A stretch of 64,000 bases of DNA, taken from contig OZ024740.1 in assembly GCA_964016885.1 (NCBI GenBank), forward strand, positions 392,088,001 to 392,152,000, in the 5' to 3' direction. The notes beneath the pieces are model-generated. The model saw only the letters and a list, made by a program, of their open reading frames with translations. It was not told where the DNA came from and did no database searches. Below are positions 11,531-25,206 of this stretch, in pieces. The DNA is from Eledone cirrhosa (taxonomy: Eukaryota). The position numbers and the translations under genes were made by a program. How positions within the stretch are numbered: the first letter of the stretch is position 1; each line of letters starts with the position of its first letter.

Positions 11531-12653
11531 ACAGGAAGTATTTATTAAATACTATTTATGCCAGATTCTAAAAACTTGTCGCATTACAGATGATATGAGG
11601 CATGGAGAAATGCCAACCTACCCAACCCATTTCACCATTAAAAAAGAATATGAATAGTAAAAAAAAACAATGTATGATGAAAGTGAATAATGTAGTAATA
11701 GTGTGATGATGATTGCGATGGTGGTGTTGATTTTAATGGTGTTGTTAAGCTGCAGATCAGCCCTGGCAAAGCCGATATGCTCAAAATTCATTACCATGTC
11801 ATATTTTTGGATGGTGGCACGAAGTGTATTTAGTGATGTTTCCCTTTTAATGATGGAAATGTGTATTAAGATGGAGATTTGAATATTATTTCTAGCAGTT
11901 CGTGTGACTACGTAGTGGCTTCTATAATCGTAGCATTAGTTGTGGTAATTATGATTGATGTGAAGGAGGTGGGGATGAAGCGAGGATGTTAATGGTAATA
12001 AAATCATTAGGAGAGAGAGAGAGAGATTGGAGAAAGAAATTGAGTGATAGAGATAAAGTGTTAAAGAGGTAAATTAGGCAGAGAGAAATTCTCTGTGAGA
12101 TAAGAATAATGTGGAAGCTTGATAGTTTTGGTGAAGATGTGAGTGAGTTGGAGAGCAGATAGGAAGACAAAACAGCATTTTTATTATTCATTAAGAAAGA
12201 TAACGTGCTAGCTCACTTTCTCTTTCTCCATTTCTTTTTAGTCAGTCATTTTGTTGGCTTTTTTTTTCTCTTCCACCTCACTACATACAACTTTTTGCTT
12301 ACATACACACTTAACCCCTACAACACACACATTCACGCACGCACACACACACACGCAACGTTTGATTTTTCATTTACAGACACGCAGAGGCTTATTCATC
12401 ACACATAAATCTGCGATGGATGCACGCAATACATTCATTCATAGGTCTTTTTTATCTATATCCTTCTCTCTCGTAGGCACATGAAGGCAAATATACAACA
12501 CTTTCATCTACTAATACGTGCACGTGTACATATCCATGACCACCACTCTCTCTTGCACTATTAAGTCGACAAACGATGCCTGGTGACTTCTTTGACAAGT
12601 TACTTCGTTCAGCTTTGGGGGATATCTCAGCAGGTGGTATGCAGATTAGTCAC

Positions 12654-13282
12654 CAAGGCCGGAATTAATGGGGGGGGGGGGGGGGGAAAGGGGCGATCCC
12701 TCCTTCCATAGCAGGTATGACGGTGGGGGATACCAGCGACGGTTGCAACAATTTATTTGTGCCCTCTGCCGGGATTTTTAGCTTTATCCCTTTGACAACG
12801 AGAACTGTATTTTCAACAAAAAGTATTTAATGTCCTTACGGTGGCAAAATTCATCAAATTTTTTTTTGTTGGTGCCTTGATAGAATACACCTAGTCAACT
12901 GTGTAAAGTGGTTGTGTTGGTATTGCAAGATCAATTCACCTAGTTAACACTCTAAAAGGGTTATGTTAGGAAGGGCATCCAGCCATAGAAACCATGCCAA
13001 ATATGTAATGTATGAGTAAGATGAGGTTCCTCCGATATGTCTGGTCTTGGACTGTGACAACCTGTCCAACACATGCCAGTGTGAAAAGTGGACGATAAGG
13101 ATGGTTAGATTTTTTAAATTTAATACCTGTATGTATAACTTTTCAATTCCAATTACTTGCACTAAGCCGACTTAGTTGAAATTGGAGGTTTGCTGTCTAT
13201 TCTAATTTTTTTTTGCGTTTAAGCACCACCACCCCTCCAACCTGAAGTACCTCGGGTCCCCCAAGGACTAAATCCGGCCCTG
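12654..13282. mobile_element. Non-autonomous hAT-like DNA transposon with nested RTE-tail fragment (~12890-13100)
   Basis: Imperfect TIRs CAAGGCCGGAATTA / TAAATCCGGCCCTG; 8-bp flanks TTAGTCAC (12646-12653) and TTAGTTAC (13283-13290) fit a TSD with one mismatch. Confidence 0.7.
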
Positions 13283-13798
13283 TTAGTTACTTATCCACTG
13301 CTGACACAGTCACACATGCAATCGCATGTCCGGGATAGTACCAAAGCGTGACAGTTTGCTCGAGACTGTCGAATGTTTGGTGGCAAATATGGTCAAGTAT
13401 GTCAGTTTCCGATTTGCTGAATATATAGCGGCTGGGGTGTTTTCCCATTCCATCTAGAACGTATGCATCAGTTTTGCGTGCCGTTCATAGGACCTGTCGC
13501 ATATGGTACCAAGCGTTTAACAATCATGCCTCATAGCTGTACAGAACCATAGAGAAGATTAGTGACTTCACTAGTCGCATATTTGTGTTGCGCGATACAG
13601 TGTGATCTTTCCGCACTTAATTCAGTTTATACATCGCTGAAGGAAACATTTTCTGTTTGTGTGAATATACCAGTCGAAGTTTTGCAAGATTCGATATTTT
13701 TCTTATTTTTCTCTAATTATTTTCTTTCTATAAATTGTTAATCTTTTGATAATTTATGTAAATAAAGATTTAACCGTACTCACTAACATTATATATCC

Positions 13799-13982
13799 TG
13801 GATTGGCAGTATCGGTAGAGGGTCGGACGCCATGCTTTCCAGCATAGTTACGTCCCTTTACGATCTGAGTTCAAATCCCGCCGAGGTTGACTTTGCCTTT
13901 CATCCTTACGGGGTCGATAAAATAAAGTACTAGTAATGCACTGGGTAATTGCTGGCCTTGTGCCTAAAGTAGAAACAATTAT
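13799..13982 (+). mobile_element. tRNA-derived SINE family 2 (central domain GACTTTGCCTTTCATCCTTACGGGGTCGATAAAATAAAGTACCAG, Meta-domain-like)
   Basis: A box TGGCAGTATCGG, B box GAGTTCAAATCC, conserved body, ATT-type tail; more than 10 copies in the window. Confidence 0.88.
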
Positions 13983-14397
13983 ATATCCTCTGCGTAGTGT
14001 TTTTTCTCACTTCTATTCCACATTATATGGACTTCAATCTATTCATTTATCTTATTTCTGTCATATTTTAAAAATCATTTACTGTAGCGATGTCTCAGCT
14101 AAAGTTTATCGATGTTGTATAAGAGAGAGGTAGGTAGGGTGTGTAAGTGAAAGAATGCATATGTGCAAGTGGTAACTAATATAAACAACACAGATACACG
14201 TTCCCTATCTTTCTTATATATACAACACCCACTGTTTATACAAAAATATTCATACAATCTCATTAAACAAAACCTCAAATTTAAGCATATATACAAACAC
14301 TCTCAAACTACACATACTTTCAGTGTTTTTCCTTTCCCTTCTTTCACTGTCACATAAATATTCTTTCTGTTATTTGCGAGCTCTTGATCTATCTTTT

Positions 14398-14580
14398 TGG
14401 CAGTATCGGTAGAGGGTCGGACCCACGCTTTCCAGCATAGTTACGTCCCTTTACGGTCTGAGATCAGATCCCGCCGAGGTTAACTTTGCCTTTCATCCTT
14501 ACGGGGTCGATAAAATAAAGTACCAGTAATGTACTGAGTAATTGATGGCCTTGTGCCAAAAGTGGAAACAATTATTATTT
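14398..14580 (+). mobile_element. SINE family 2 copy
   Basis: High identity to 13799-13982. Confidence 0.88.
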
Positions 14581-15714
14581 ATTTTCTGACTTCACCACCT
14601 AAGTTTTGCTGTGTGTTTCTTTCCACATACTACTATGGTAAACTACTTTTAAGTGCAACTAAAGTGCTTTTTCTGTATGGATATAGTGTGGAGTTCTCAA
14701 GCCAGTGGCTGGCAGATTTTTCAATTGGTGCATGGATGAGTGAATGGTTGATAACTTTAAGTTATGATTTCGTAAGTTGGGTCATTTTCTCTCCTCCACC
14801 TCAATATTCAGAATCTGAGGAAGAGAAGCTCTGCCATTGTTTTTGCAACTCTTACTGACAACTCTGGTCAATGTAGTTGATGTTGAGCTTGAATTTTGAA
14901 AATAATGAAGAATTTAAGAGGATTTAGTAATTTAACTATTTTTTTCATTATTAAGCAGGTGTTTAGAACATAAAGGTTCTTTACATAAAATTATGATGAA
15001 AGGTTTGTATATAAATATATACTCTTTAAAACATTTTATTTTTATCATAGAACCAAGTGTGATTGCAGGCAGTTTGGTATCAAATAAGATAAGATTAAAG
15101 GTTTTTTTTAGTTTTAAAATACCTCTGTTTTTTATATTCCAAATTGTTCTGTATCTTTTAACTGTCAAGTTAAAGATCCTCCTCTCTTAAAAATTGTAAG
15201 TTTACTGTTTCTGATTCCCATTTTCTATGAACTCAGGCCCTTATTTTTTCCCTTTTCAGAATTTATCATTAATAAATATACATATATTCACTTTTATTAA
15301 TCAATTGTAGAAATTGTTCACATACAAAAATATAATAATATATGGTATATTTCTTATAACTTTCTTTCTCAATTTATCCAAAATTGTTTAACCCTTTGGA
15401 TCATAATTGTTTTTATTTATTTAAATGATAACTGCAAGTTTCAAACATTAATTTCTTTCAATTAGTTTAACTGAATAAATCTTTACTTTCTTAACTCTTG
15501 TACAAGATATCGAGCTTGAGATTGGACCAAGAAAACTGTTTCCATCTGTCTTTTTATTGCCAATATTAGCTGTCAGTTGCAATTCCTGGCAGAAGTATCA
15601 CCACTATTCCAGTGACAGGAGGTGGCATTTGAATTCAGTATGGACAGAGTTAAAAATGATACTGTAAAGCATCCCGTTAGATTCTTTTTAACAAATTCTT
15701 ATAATTCCTCACAT

Positions 15715-15850
15715 CTGGACTGGTACTTTATTTAATCCCGAAAATATGAAAGTCAAAGTTGACCTTGGTGGGATTTGAACTTAGATCACAGCAAACCGGA
15801 ACAAATACCAAATCATTAAATCAATACTCTGATGACTCTGCCAGTTCACC
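15715..15850 (-). mobile_element. Degenerate SINE family 2-related copy
   Basis: CTGGTACTTTATTT...AAAGTTGACCTTGGTGGGATTTGAACT. Confidence 0.6.
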
Positions 15851-16439
15851 ACCTATTGATAAGATATATGCTTGTTTTATTATTTAAAAAAAAACATGCA
15901 TTTTTCATTTCAATTTTTTGGATTAATTTTCATCTGACGTTTTTTGGGGGGAAAATAATGTGTTTTTATTTCCTAATTGATATCTTGTATTTTGTGTATT
16001 GCCTGAAATTCAATGAATATCTCTTTTAACTTTCTTTTTTTTTTAACCATATTTCTAATGAGGTACGCTCTATTTCAATTCATTTATGAAAGGTTTTGAG
16101 GTATTTACTAAAATAATTATTTCATTATACTAAGATAGTTCTTAACATACTTTTATACTTTTATACAAAAACTATGTTGGAAGATTTTAAAATAGAAACC
16201 CTTTGAATATGTGATTTTATTTCATAGAATTGAAAGCTAATAGTAATATTATTTTTTACGAGTTTTGTTCCACTGTTAGTTTACCTGTATGTAAATTGAT
16301 GATATATAACGGAAATAGTTAATTAATTTAAATTACTAATATCTTTCATATAATTTTAAAAAAACCGGAAATAGTTAATTCATTTAAATTATTAATATCC
16401 TTCATAAAAAATATATATAGGTTCTTTTAAGCATACAAC

Positions 16440-16790
16440 TAAGGTTATTTGATTGGGATACCATATGCAGCGATACATTCTCCAGCGGCAACCTGGTGCA
16501 GTCTGCGACTAACCCACTCTCTGCTGCTTTTCGGGCCAAAGAGGGCAAACCTCCAAATATCGGTCATTCTCCTGACAGATTTGCAGTGGAGACTTCTGGA
16601 GTCCTTGGCCCTTTGACCACCTCCCTACTCACCACCATCAGCACAGAGTTTGCTACCTGTAGGTATGAGTCTCACAAGCAGGAATGGCACGTCCAGTGCA
16701 TTTCCCTCACCATCCTCCGAGGAAACACCTTCTCCATTCTGTCCGCCAGGGCCGTGAGGCGGTTAGTACGTGAGGCCCCCATTTGCTCAT
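16440..16790 (+). mobile_element. CRE-like non-LTR retrotransposon, C-terminal restriction-like endonuclease remnant
   Basis: LIWDTICSDTFS...FAVETSGVLG...QCISLTILRGNTFSIL resembles the WDxTCxDT / AVETxGxxG / QRISxAIQRGN signature. Confidence 0.7.
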
Positions 16791-18550
16791 AATAGTGAGA
16801 GATGGGGAGATGGGAGGCCATGACAGTGGGAGTTTGGTTCCTTTGTGTTCGGACCTTGTGTATATGTTTCACAAGTTAAACATTCTTTATAGACATTGAC
16901 CTAGTAATGTTCAGTATTAACTTCATATTCCCAGTTTTTCTTTACATAATTATATCTGTTACTAATGAACACAGTGTGGTTGAAAGTTTCAAATTTTAGG
17001 GACTTTGTGTTTATGTTTCAACCATTAGAATAATCATAACTACAATAAAGGGAGGAGTGCAGGACTGCGTCCTGAATATATTTTTTTATCCTGTTAGTAA
17101 AATAAGTTAGATTACTTTGAATAAATAATGAATGAATATTACATAATTTATCTACTAAATTTTGTAGCTGTTGATTAAACATAAATATTCTTATATAATG
17201 ATTGTTTATTTTAAGATTCAATCTTTAAACATTTTTAAATATCTACACTTCTAGTTAGTGTCCGTTATATCATAACACTTATTACATTGCTTATATAAAC
17301 ACCCATATATTTGCATCGTTATATGAGGTTTCATTACATTTCACTGTAATGCAGTTTATATATAATATCGTCTTTTTGAAATGTATCATGGATTACTTTA
17401 CTGATTACAGAAGAGAGTGTAACACAGTCTCTCTTCAATTTCTGTGCATATTGTCAATTATGATTTTATTTGACATATCATATCTACATGCATGTATATT
17501 TGCATATAATATCAATATGCACACTACACATGCTAGCAGAAAACCACCGAAAGGGTGGTTTTTCTGCTAGTTTATATAATCATGTTAAATACCCCTTACA
17601 CACATGCACACTCATTGAACTCTGTGGTAGCTTGTGCAAGTGTCTTCTACTAAAGCTCTGGGTTGACCAATATCTTATTAGTGGAATTTGATAGACGGAA
17701 GCAGTAAAGAATCCCGTGTGTATGTGTATCCACGTCTGTGCATATTTTTATGCTACTTAAAACCAGTGGTGTTGTTTGTGTTGTGTCACTTTATGTCCCA
17801 TAAACTAGCAGTTCGACAAATAGAGATTGGTAAAATAAGTACTGGGTCAATCTGATGATGCATCAAACTAGTAAAAGAATATGTATGCTTATTGTGTGTC
17901 TCTATATTATGCTGTTTGATGTGAGTGCATGTCTTTCTATTAATATCTGTAAATGAATATCTCTTTGCTTGAATGTATGTGTGGTTGTTTATTCTCAGGT
18001 CAGTTTTGATTAACCTGATCTATAATAGAATGTTTTCCAGCCATGACCATTCTGTCGTTTTTCTGATATAGTTAGTGTACACTATAGACTACACTATCAA
18101 ATTTTCCCTTCTTTTCATTTTAAGAAAGTAAGTTTGCTATACATAGCAATTGGAGTGACCACGTAGAGACTCTCAATAGGCTTGCATGTATGAGTGTTTC
18201 ATCAGATATATGTGCATCTTCATATTCTTTTACTGGTTCCAGTCATTAGACTGCAACCATGATGGCCATAGCAATTTATTTGTGTTCTCTGATGGGCTTT
18301 TTAGTTTTATCCTTTTCGTAGAGAGAACTAAAGTAAAAGACACATAAATCACGAAAGAGGTGCTTTATTTCAGAAAAAATTGACATGAATAATCTTGAAA
18401 CATTTCTGGATGCATCTGCTAAATGAATCCACCATTGGCATTGAAGACTGCTTCAATACGAAGTCTGAAATGTTATGCTCAAATCACATGATTATTTTAG
18501 ACACTATGCTAGTTGTGGCAGATTTCAGAGATTTTATTGTGTTATGGGAG

Positions 18551-19705
18551 TCATCATCATCACCGTTTTACGTCCGTTCTTCCACGCTAGCATGGGTTAG
18601 ACAGGTTGTCCTGTTGTGGGCAGTGTCCGGTCGGCTGACCATGCCTTGCTCATACGGGAACTGATCTGGCTTGATTTCTACAGCTGGATGCCCTTCCTAA
18701 CACCAACCTCATTTACAGTGAGTGCTGGGTGCTTTTTTCCGTGGCGCCTACATGTCCGCTTTACAGTGTGGGCTGGGTGTTTTTTTGCCGTGGCGCCTCC
18801 ACCACCACTTTGCAGTGGGAGGGTGTGGGGGCATATTGTCTATATGCTTCAGCTTCGGCTTGTACCCATGGGGGGTCGGGTCTTCTGTGTTACTGCGTGA
18901 CGCTAGAGGTCACGGTCGTGTGTCATCGCCTTTGAGACGTGTAATTGGGTAAGGTCGGCTTTTATCACCTCATCCCTGGTCTTCTTGGGTCTCCCCACTC
19001 CGTGGTTTCCATCGACTTCTAGTGTTCAGCACCTTTTTATGCAACTGTCATCCTTCATACGCTGCACATGTCCATACCAACACAACATCTCTCCTGCACA
19101 CACCATTTGATTCCTCTTATGCTCAGTCTCTCTCTCAATTCGTTTATGCTTTGCCATTCGCGTATATTACTATTACACATCCATCGGAGCATGCAGGCTT
19201 CGTTTCTTTCTAATCTACGCAAGTCTTCCACAGACAGAGCCCAGGTCTCACTACCATGTAACATACAGTCTGCCTTTCATTCTGCCTTTCATTTTGAGGG
19301 AAAAGCCTTTTGCAACTAGCAGTGGCAGTAGCTCCCTGAAATTCTTCCATCCTGTTCTTACCCTAGTTATTGTACTTTCCGAACACCCACCTCCGCTGCT
19401 GTCACCTAGGTAGCAGAAGTGTCTACTGTTTCTACAGAGCCCTCCCAGAGTTTAGTGGTACTTGTTTCCTGTGGCTGTTTGCTGCTTGCTGTCCCAGCAC
19501 AGCTGCTCCATGTAAAGCCTACATTCTTACTTAAGCTTCCTGAGATCCCACTACATCTCTTGTGTACTCATTGTTTGCATTTGGGGCAGAGAATGGAGTT
19601 CCTACCTACACCTTTCCTACATACTGAGCAAGGCCATTTCCCTGAGGGGATCTGGGTTCTATTTTCTCGTCTACTTACAAGGACCTTAGTCTTTGTCAGG
19701 TTGAC
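18551..19705 (-). mobile_element. 5'-truncated, frameshifted RTE LINE (second subfamily, PHD-containing)
   Basis: Minus strand gives KWPCSVCRKGVGRNSILCPKCKQ*VHKRC, MLHGSETWAL, a UTR matching the CORE-SINE tail, and (GAT)n. Confidence 0.9.
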
Positions 19706-19946
19706 AAAAAAAAAAAAAACTATATACATAAAGATATGAATGAAGAAATGGAAGAAAAAATGAATAGCAGGAATAAAGTGGTAAAATAGCAGAAAAATCC
19801 TAAAGAAGTGAATGGTTGGAAATTATGAAGTAAAAATATAGTTGAAGTGGAGAGGGATAAGATACTGTGAGGGAGTATCTGTGAGAGAGAGAAGACAGAC
19901 TGTGGTGAGGAAGGGGGTTATGTTTGTTGGAAAGAATAATAAATTA

Positions 19947-20135
19947 TAATTATTTCTACTTTTGGCACAAGGCCAGCAATAACCCAGTGCATTACTGGTA
20001 CTTTATTTTATCGACCCCGAAAGGATGAAAGGCAAAGTTAACCTCGGCAGGATTTGAACTCAGAATTGCAAGGGCCGTAACTCTATGCGTGAAAGCATGG
20101 TGTCCGACCCTCTACCGATACTGCCAATCCACTGC
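19947..20135 (-). mobile_element. SINE family 2 copy
   Basis: Reverse complement of the 13799-13982 consensus. Confidence 0.88.
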
Positions 20136-20219
20136 CTTTATAATGCCATAGCAAAAGGACAGAAGTGTATATATATATATATATATGTTGGTATATATAT
20201 ATATATACATCTAGTGAAG

Positions 20220-20598
20220 CCTCCAACCCACACTGTAAAGTGGTCATGATGGCGACACGACAAAAAGCACCCAGCCCACTCTGTAAACTGGTTGTGTAGG
20301 TCACACAACAAAAAGCACTCGGCCCACACAGTGAAGTGGTCATATAGGTGACACGACAAAAAGCGTCCTGTCCATACTGTAAAGTGGTCAAGTAAGTGTC
20401 ATGACAAAAAGCACCTAGCACATACTGTAAATGTGGTTGGTGTTAGGAAGGGTATCTAGCTGTAGAAACCAAGCCCAATCCAGTTCTGTATCAGCATGAC
20501 ATGGTCATCTGACCTGCCTTGTCTCAGAACAGGACAACTCGTCTAACCCATGTTAGTGTAGTAAAATAGACGTATGGTGATGATGATGAGGATGATGA
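20220..20598 (+). mobile_element. RTE 3' UTR fragment with ~4 tandem 48-bp units and (GAT)n tail
   Basis: Same UTR architecture as 7250-7590. Confidence 0.82.
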
Positions 20599-21111
20599 TA
20601 TATATATACATATACACACACATACATACACACACACATATACATGTAAATATCACATGTTTAGAAGATAGCGGTAGAATTTGAAAATTGAATTGGATTA
20701 GTAATATTTGCCGTATTTTTAGCTACAGAAAATTGTCTTACAATAAAGGGGCTTATGAGCTCCCAGAATGAAAAAAAAAATGGCATCAGCAACTATATTA
20801 TAGTTTATACACAGTTTCACACCTGTACACCAGTCATACACATATACACATGCACACACACACATATATATAACTATATTTGCTGTATGTGTAGAAATGT
20901 GTGTATGCATGCATACATGTCTATTTGCTGTATTGAGAATGAAGAAAATCTCTTTTATTCTTCTTTTTCTTGGCAATATTTTACCTTGTTTTCAGCCCTC
21001 CCCTCACCAAGTTCTGTTTATTGTTTTTATTCTACTTTGGTTCTTCATAATTCCTCCTACTTAGATACCTTCTTTGTCTCTTACTGCTTACTCTTTGTAA
21101 TTATGATGATA

Positions 21112-21325
21112 ATAATTGTTTCTACTTAAGGCATAAGGCCCGCAATTTTGGGGAGAGGAAAGTCGATTAAATTGACCCCAGTGCATTACTGGTACTTTAT
21201 TTTATCGACCCCGTAAGGATGAAATGCAAAGCTAACCTAAGCGGGATTTGAACTCAGAACGTAAAGGGTCACAACTCTGTGCTGCAACGCATGGTGTCTG
21301 ATGCTCTACCAGTACTGTCAATCAA
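21112..21325 (-). mobile_element. SINE family 2 copy (longer variant)
   Basis: Conserved body plus an extra GTCGATTAAATTGACCCC segment. Confidence 0.82.
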
Positions 21326-21384
21326 TTATAATCATCATCCCCGACATCGTCCACCCTTGTGGCCAATAAAAGTAATTATGCAGT

Positions 21385-21780
21385 GGTTTGGCAGTATTGC
21401 TTTGCAGGATAGTTACGGCCCTTTACGATCTGAGTTCAAATCCCGTCCAAGGTAACTTTGCCTTTCATCCTTACGGGGTCGATAAAATAAAGTACCAGTA
21501 ATACACTGGGGGAATTGTTGGCCTTGTGCCAAAACTAGAAACAATTATTATTATTATTTTTTTATAATTACTATTACTAGGATGGTGGATTGGCACTATC
21601 TGCTTTGTGGCATAAAGTTATGGCCCTTTACGTTCAGAGTTCAAATCCTGCTGTGGTTAGCTTTGCCTTTCATTGACGGGGTTGATAAAATAAAGTACCA
21701 GTAATGCACTGAGTCGATTCGACTTTCTCCTCCCCTTCAAATTGCTGGCCTTGTGCCTAAAGTAGAAACAATTATTATTA
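21385..21780 (+). mobile_element. Two tandem SINE family 2 copies (21385-21555, 21580-21780)
   Basis: B box and conserved central domain in each. Confidence 0.82.
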
Positions 21781-22112
21781 CTATAACTTCTTGTAGCCCT
21801 TCTTTTATCCCCCTTTTTTTTATCACTTCCATCCCTCCTCTCCCCCTCTTTCATATTTCTTCTCCTTCTTCCTCCCCTCTCCCATCTATGTTTCTCTCAC
21901 TGTCTTGTCATCTCATACCATGCCCCCTCACACCTGCCACCCCTCTCTCTTTTTCTCTATCTATGTATTCTCTCCCATTATCTTCCCATTATCATCATCA
22001 TCTCTCCCTGAATTTCTTTGTGTAGGTGTGTGTGTGTGAATGTGTGTGTTTATATATATTCCAACTCTGGGAGCTCTACTCCTTCAGTCAGTTTTCAGAA
22101 GCCCTGCCATTA

Positions 22113-22113
22113 A

Positions 22114-22155
<42 letters not shown>

Positions 22156-22163
22156 CATCATCA
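22113..22163. repeat. (CAG)n/(CAT)n microsatellite
   Basis: Seen directly. Confidence 0.9.
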
Positions 22164-22229
22164 TTAACCTTTCCCCTTGCTCCTTCTCTCTCTCCTCTCT
22201 GTAGTAGGTTGTATCATCAGCATCATCAT

Positions 22230-24090
22230 ACTCTGCTTACTTAGACAACTCCACCACAACCACCATCATCATCATCACCATCATTGCTACCATCTATTGT
22301 CAACCAGCTTCATTAATATCCCCCCCCCCCCCTCAGCCATCTTCAGCACTCCATCTCCACCTCAATTGCACCTCCTCCCCTCCAACTGGCACCAACTACC
22401 ATCACAGCTACCACCGCCACCTCCATCATCATTGTATACCTCCTCAAACCACCACTACTTCTGTCACCACCACCACCACCAGCACCAGCACTACGCACAC
22501 TACTACCACCCCACCACAACAACAACCACCACTATCAATATTATACACCCCTTCCAATCACCACTGGCACTGTCATAACCTCCACCACTACCTCTACCAC
22601 CACCACTACCACCGCCACTAACATCACAACCACCGCCACTACCACCACATCACCTCCATCACCATCACTACTACCTCCACTACCACCTCTACATCACCAT
22701 CACCTCCACCACAACCATTACCACCACCACCACCACCGCCACTAACATCACAACCACCGCCACTACCACCACATCACCTCCATCACCACCACTACTACCT
22801 CCACTACCACCGCTACATCACCATCACCTCCACCACAACCACTACCACCAACCACTACCTCCACCACCACCACCACCAACCACTACCTCCACCACCACCA
22901 CCACCACACCGCCACATCACCACCACTACCACCACACCGCCACATCACCGCCACCACCACACCGCCACATCACCACCACCACCACCACCACACCACCACC
23001 AACCACTACCTCCACCACCACCACACCGTCACATCACCACCACCACCACACCACCACACCACAACCAACCACTACCTCCACCACCACCACACCGTCACAT
23101 CACCACCACCACCACACCACCACACCACAACCAACCACTACCTCCACCACCACCACACCGACACACCACCACACCACCACCACCACCACCACCACCACCA
23201 CACCACCACCAACCACTACCTCCACCACCACACCACCACCACCACCACCATCACCACCAACCACTACCTCCACCACCACCACCACACCGCCACATCACCA
23301 CCACCACACCACCACACCACCACCACCACCAACCACTACCTCCACCACCACACCGCCACACCACCACCACCACCACACCACCACCAACCACTACCTCCAC
23401 CACCACACCGCCACACCACCACCACCACACCACCACCACCACCACACCACCACCACCACCAACCACTACCTCCACCACCACACCACCACCACCACCAACC
23501 ACTACCTCCACCACCACCACCACACCACCACCACCACCACACCACCACACCACCACACCACCACTACCTCCACCACCACACCGCCACACCACCACCACCA
23601 CACCACCACCACCACCACCACCAACCACTACCTCCACCACCACACCACCACCACCACCAACCACTACCTCCACCACCACCACCACACCACCACCACCACC
23701 ACCACCACCACCACCAACCACTACCTCCACCACCACCACCACCACCACCACCACCACCACCACCACACCACCACCACCACCAACCACTACCTCCACCACC
23801 ACACCGCCACACCACCACCACCACCACCTCCACCACTACCTCCACCACCACACCGCCACACCACCACCACCACCACCACCACTACCTCCACCACCACCAC
23901 CACCACTACCTCCACCACCACACCACCACACCACCACACCACCACCACCACCACCACCACCACACCACCACCACCACCACCACCACCACCACCACCACCA
24001 CCACCACACCACCACCACCAACCACCACACCTCCACCACCACCACCACACCGCCACACCACCACCACCACTACCGCAACCATCACCATAT
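22230..24090. repeat. ~1.8-kb cryptic (CCA)n low-complexity tract with recurring CAACCACTACCTCCACCACC sub-unit
   Basis: Seen directly; ~124-bp internal duplication at ~22598-22850. Confidence 0.95.
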
Positions 24091-25206
24091 AACAGCTTCA
24101 GTTCTTGTCTTTTTTACCATACAGCTAACATCATCTTAATCACTGTAACATCTCACCCCAAGCAACAAATGAACAGTTTTAAACAGACATCACTTTGGAC
24201 AAGTTCGCTTCTTATCTCTGTCTCCCACACTTTTCTTGATTTGGCTGATTGAATTAAATCAACCAGTCAACCAATTAACCAATTAATTTACCAAATTTAG
24301 TTAAGCAATCACTTAATTATCCAATCATGTTCCTCAACACAGCCAGGTGGGATATATCCATGTTTATATATATATATTTCTTTTGTGCATTTTTATTTTT
24401 TCAAATGTGATTCTATTATATATATATATATGTATATATGTGTGTGTGTGTGTATATGTGTGCGTATATATATATATATGTGAGATGTGTGTGTATATAT
24501 GTGTGTGTGTGTATGTATAAGTTTGTATGTATAGATATATGTGTATATATATTTATGTATGTGTATGTATGTATATATTTATGTATGTGTATGTACATAT
24601 GTATGTATGTATATATAAATATATATATATATACATACATATATACATACATACATACATATATACATACATACATATATACATACATATATACGTATGT
24701 ATGTATGTATATATGTATGTATCTAACCCATGCTAGCGTGGAAGATGGACGTTAAACGATGATGATGATGATGATGTATATATGTATATATATATATATT
24801 TATTATGTATTCATTCTTTTCTTTTGCTCGTGTCAGTCATTAGACTGTATCTGTGTCAGCTTACCGGCTTCAATAGATTTACTCTATCATATTAACCTGT
24901 CTACATGTTTGGTACTTATTTTATCATTCTCTATTTTGCTGAACTGCTAAGTTACAACATAAACAAACAACAACGTGGACACACACACACACACACACAC
25001 ATGTAAACATACATGCATGCATACATATGTATATTTATATATATTTATATATACACATACATACATGCATATATACACATATCCATATACATATATATGC
25101 ATACACACATATATATATATACACGCACTCAAACAGACATGCCTGCATGCATATACACACATATATATTATATTATATATGTAGACATATATATTATATT
25201 ATATAT

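Noticed and set aside
22177-24088. Gly/Val/Trp-rich or His/Pro/Thr-rich ORFs (mucin- or extensin-like)
   Set aside because: Cryptic (CCA)n with frequent non-triplet indels; no splice or codon evidence.
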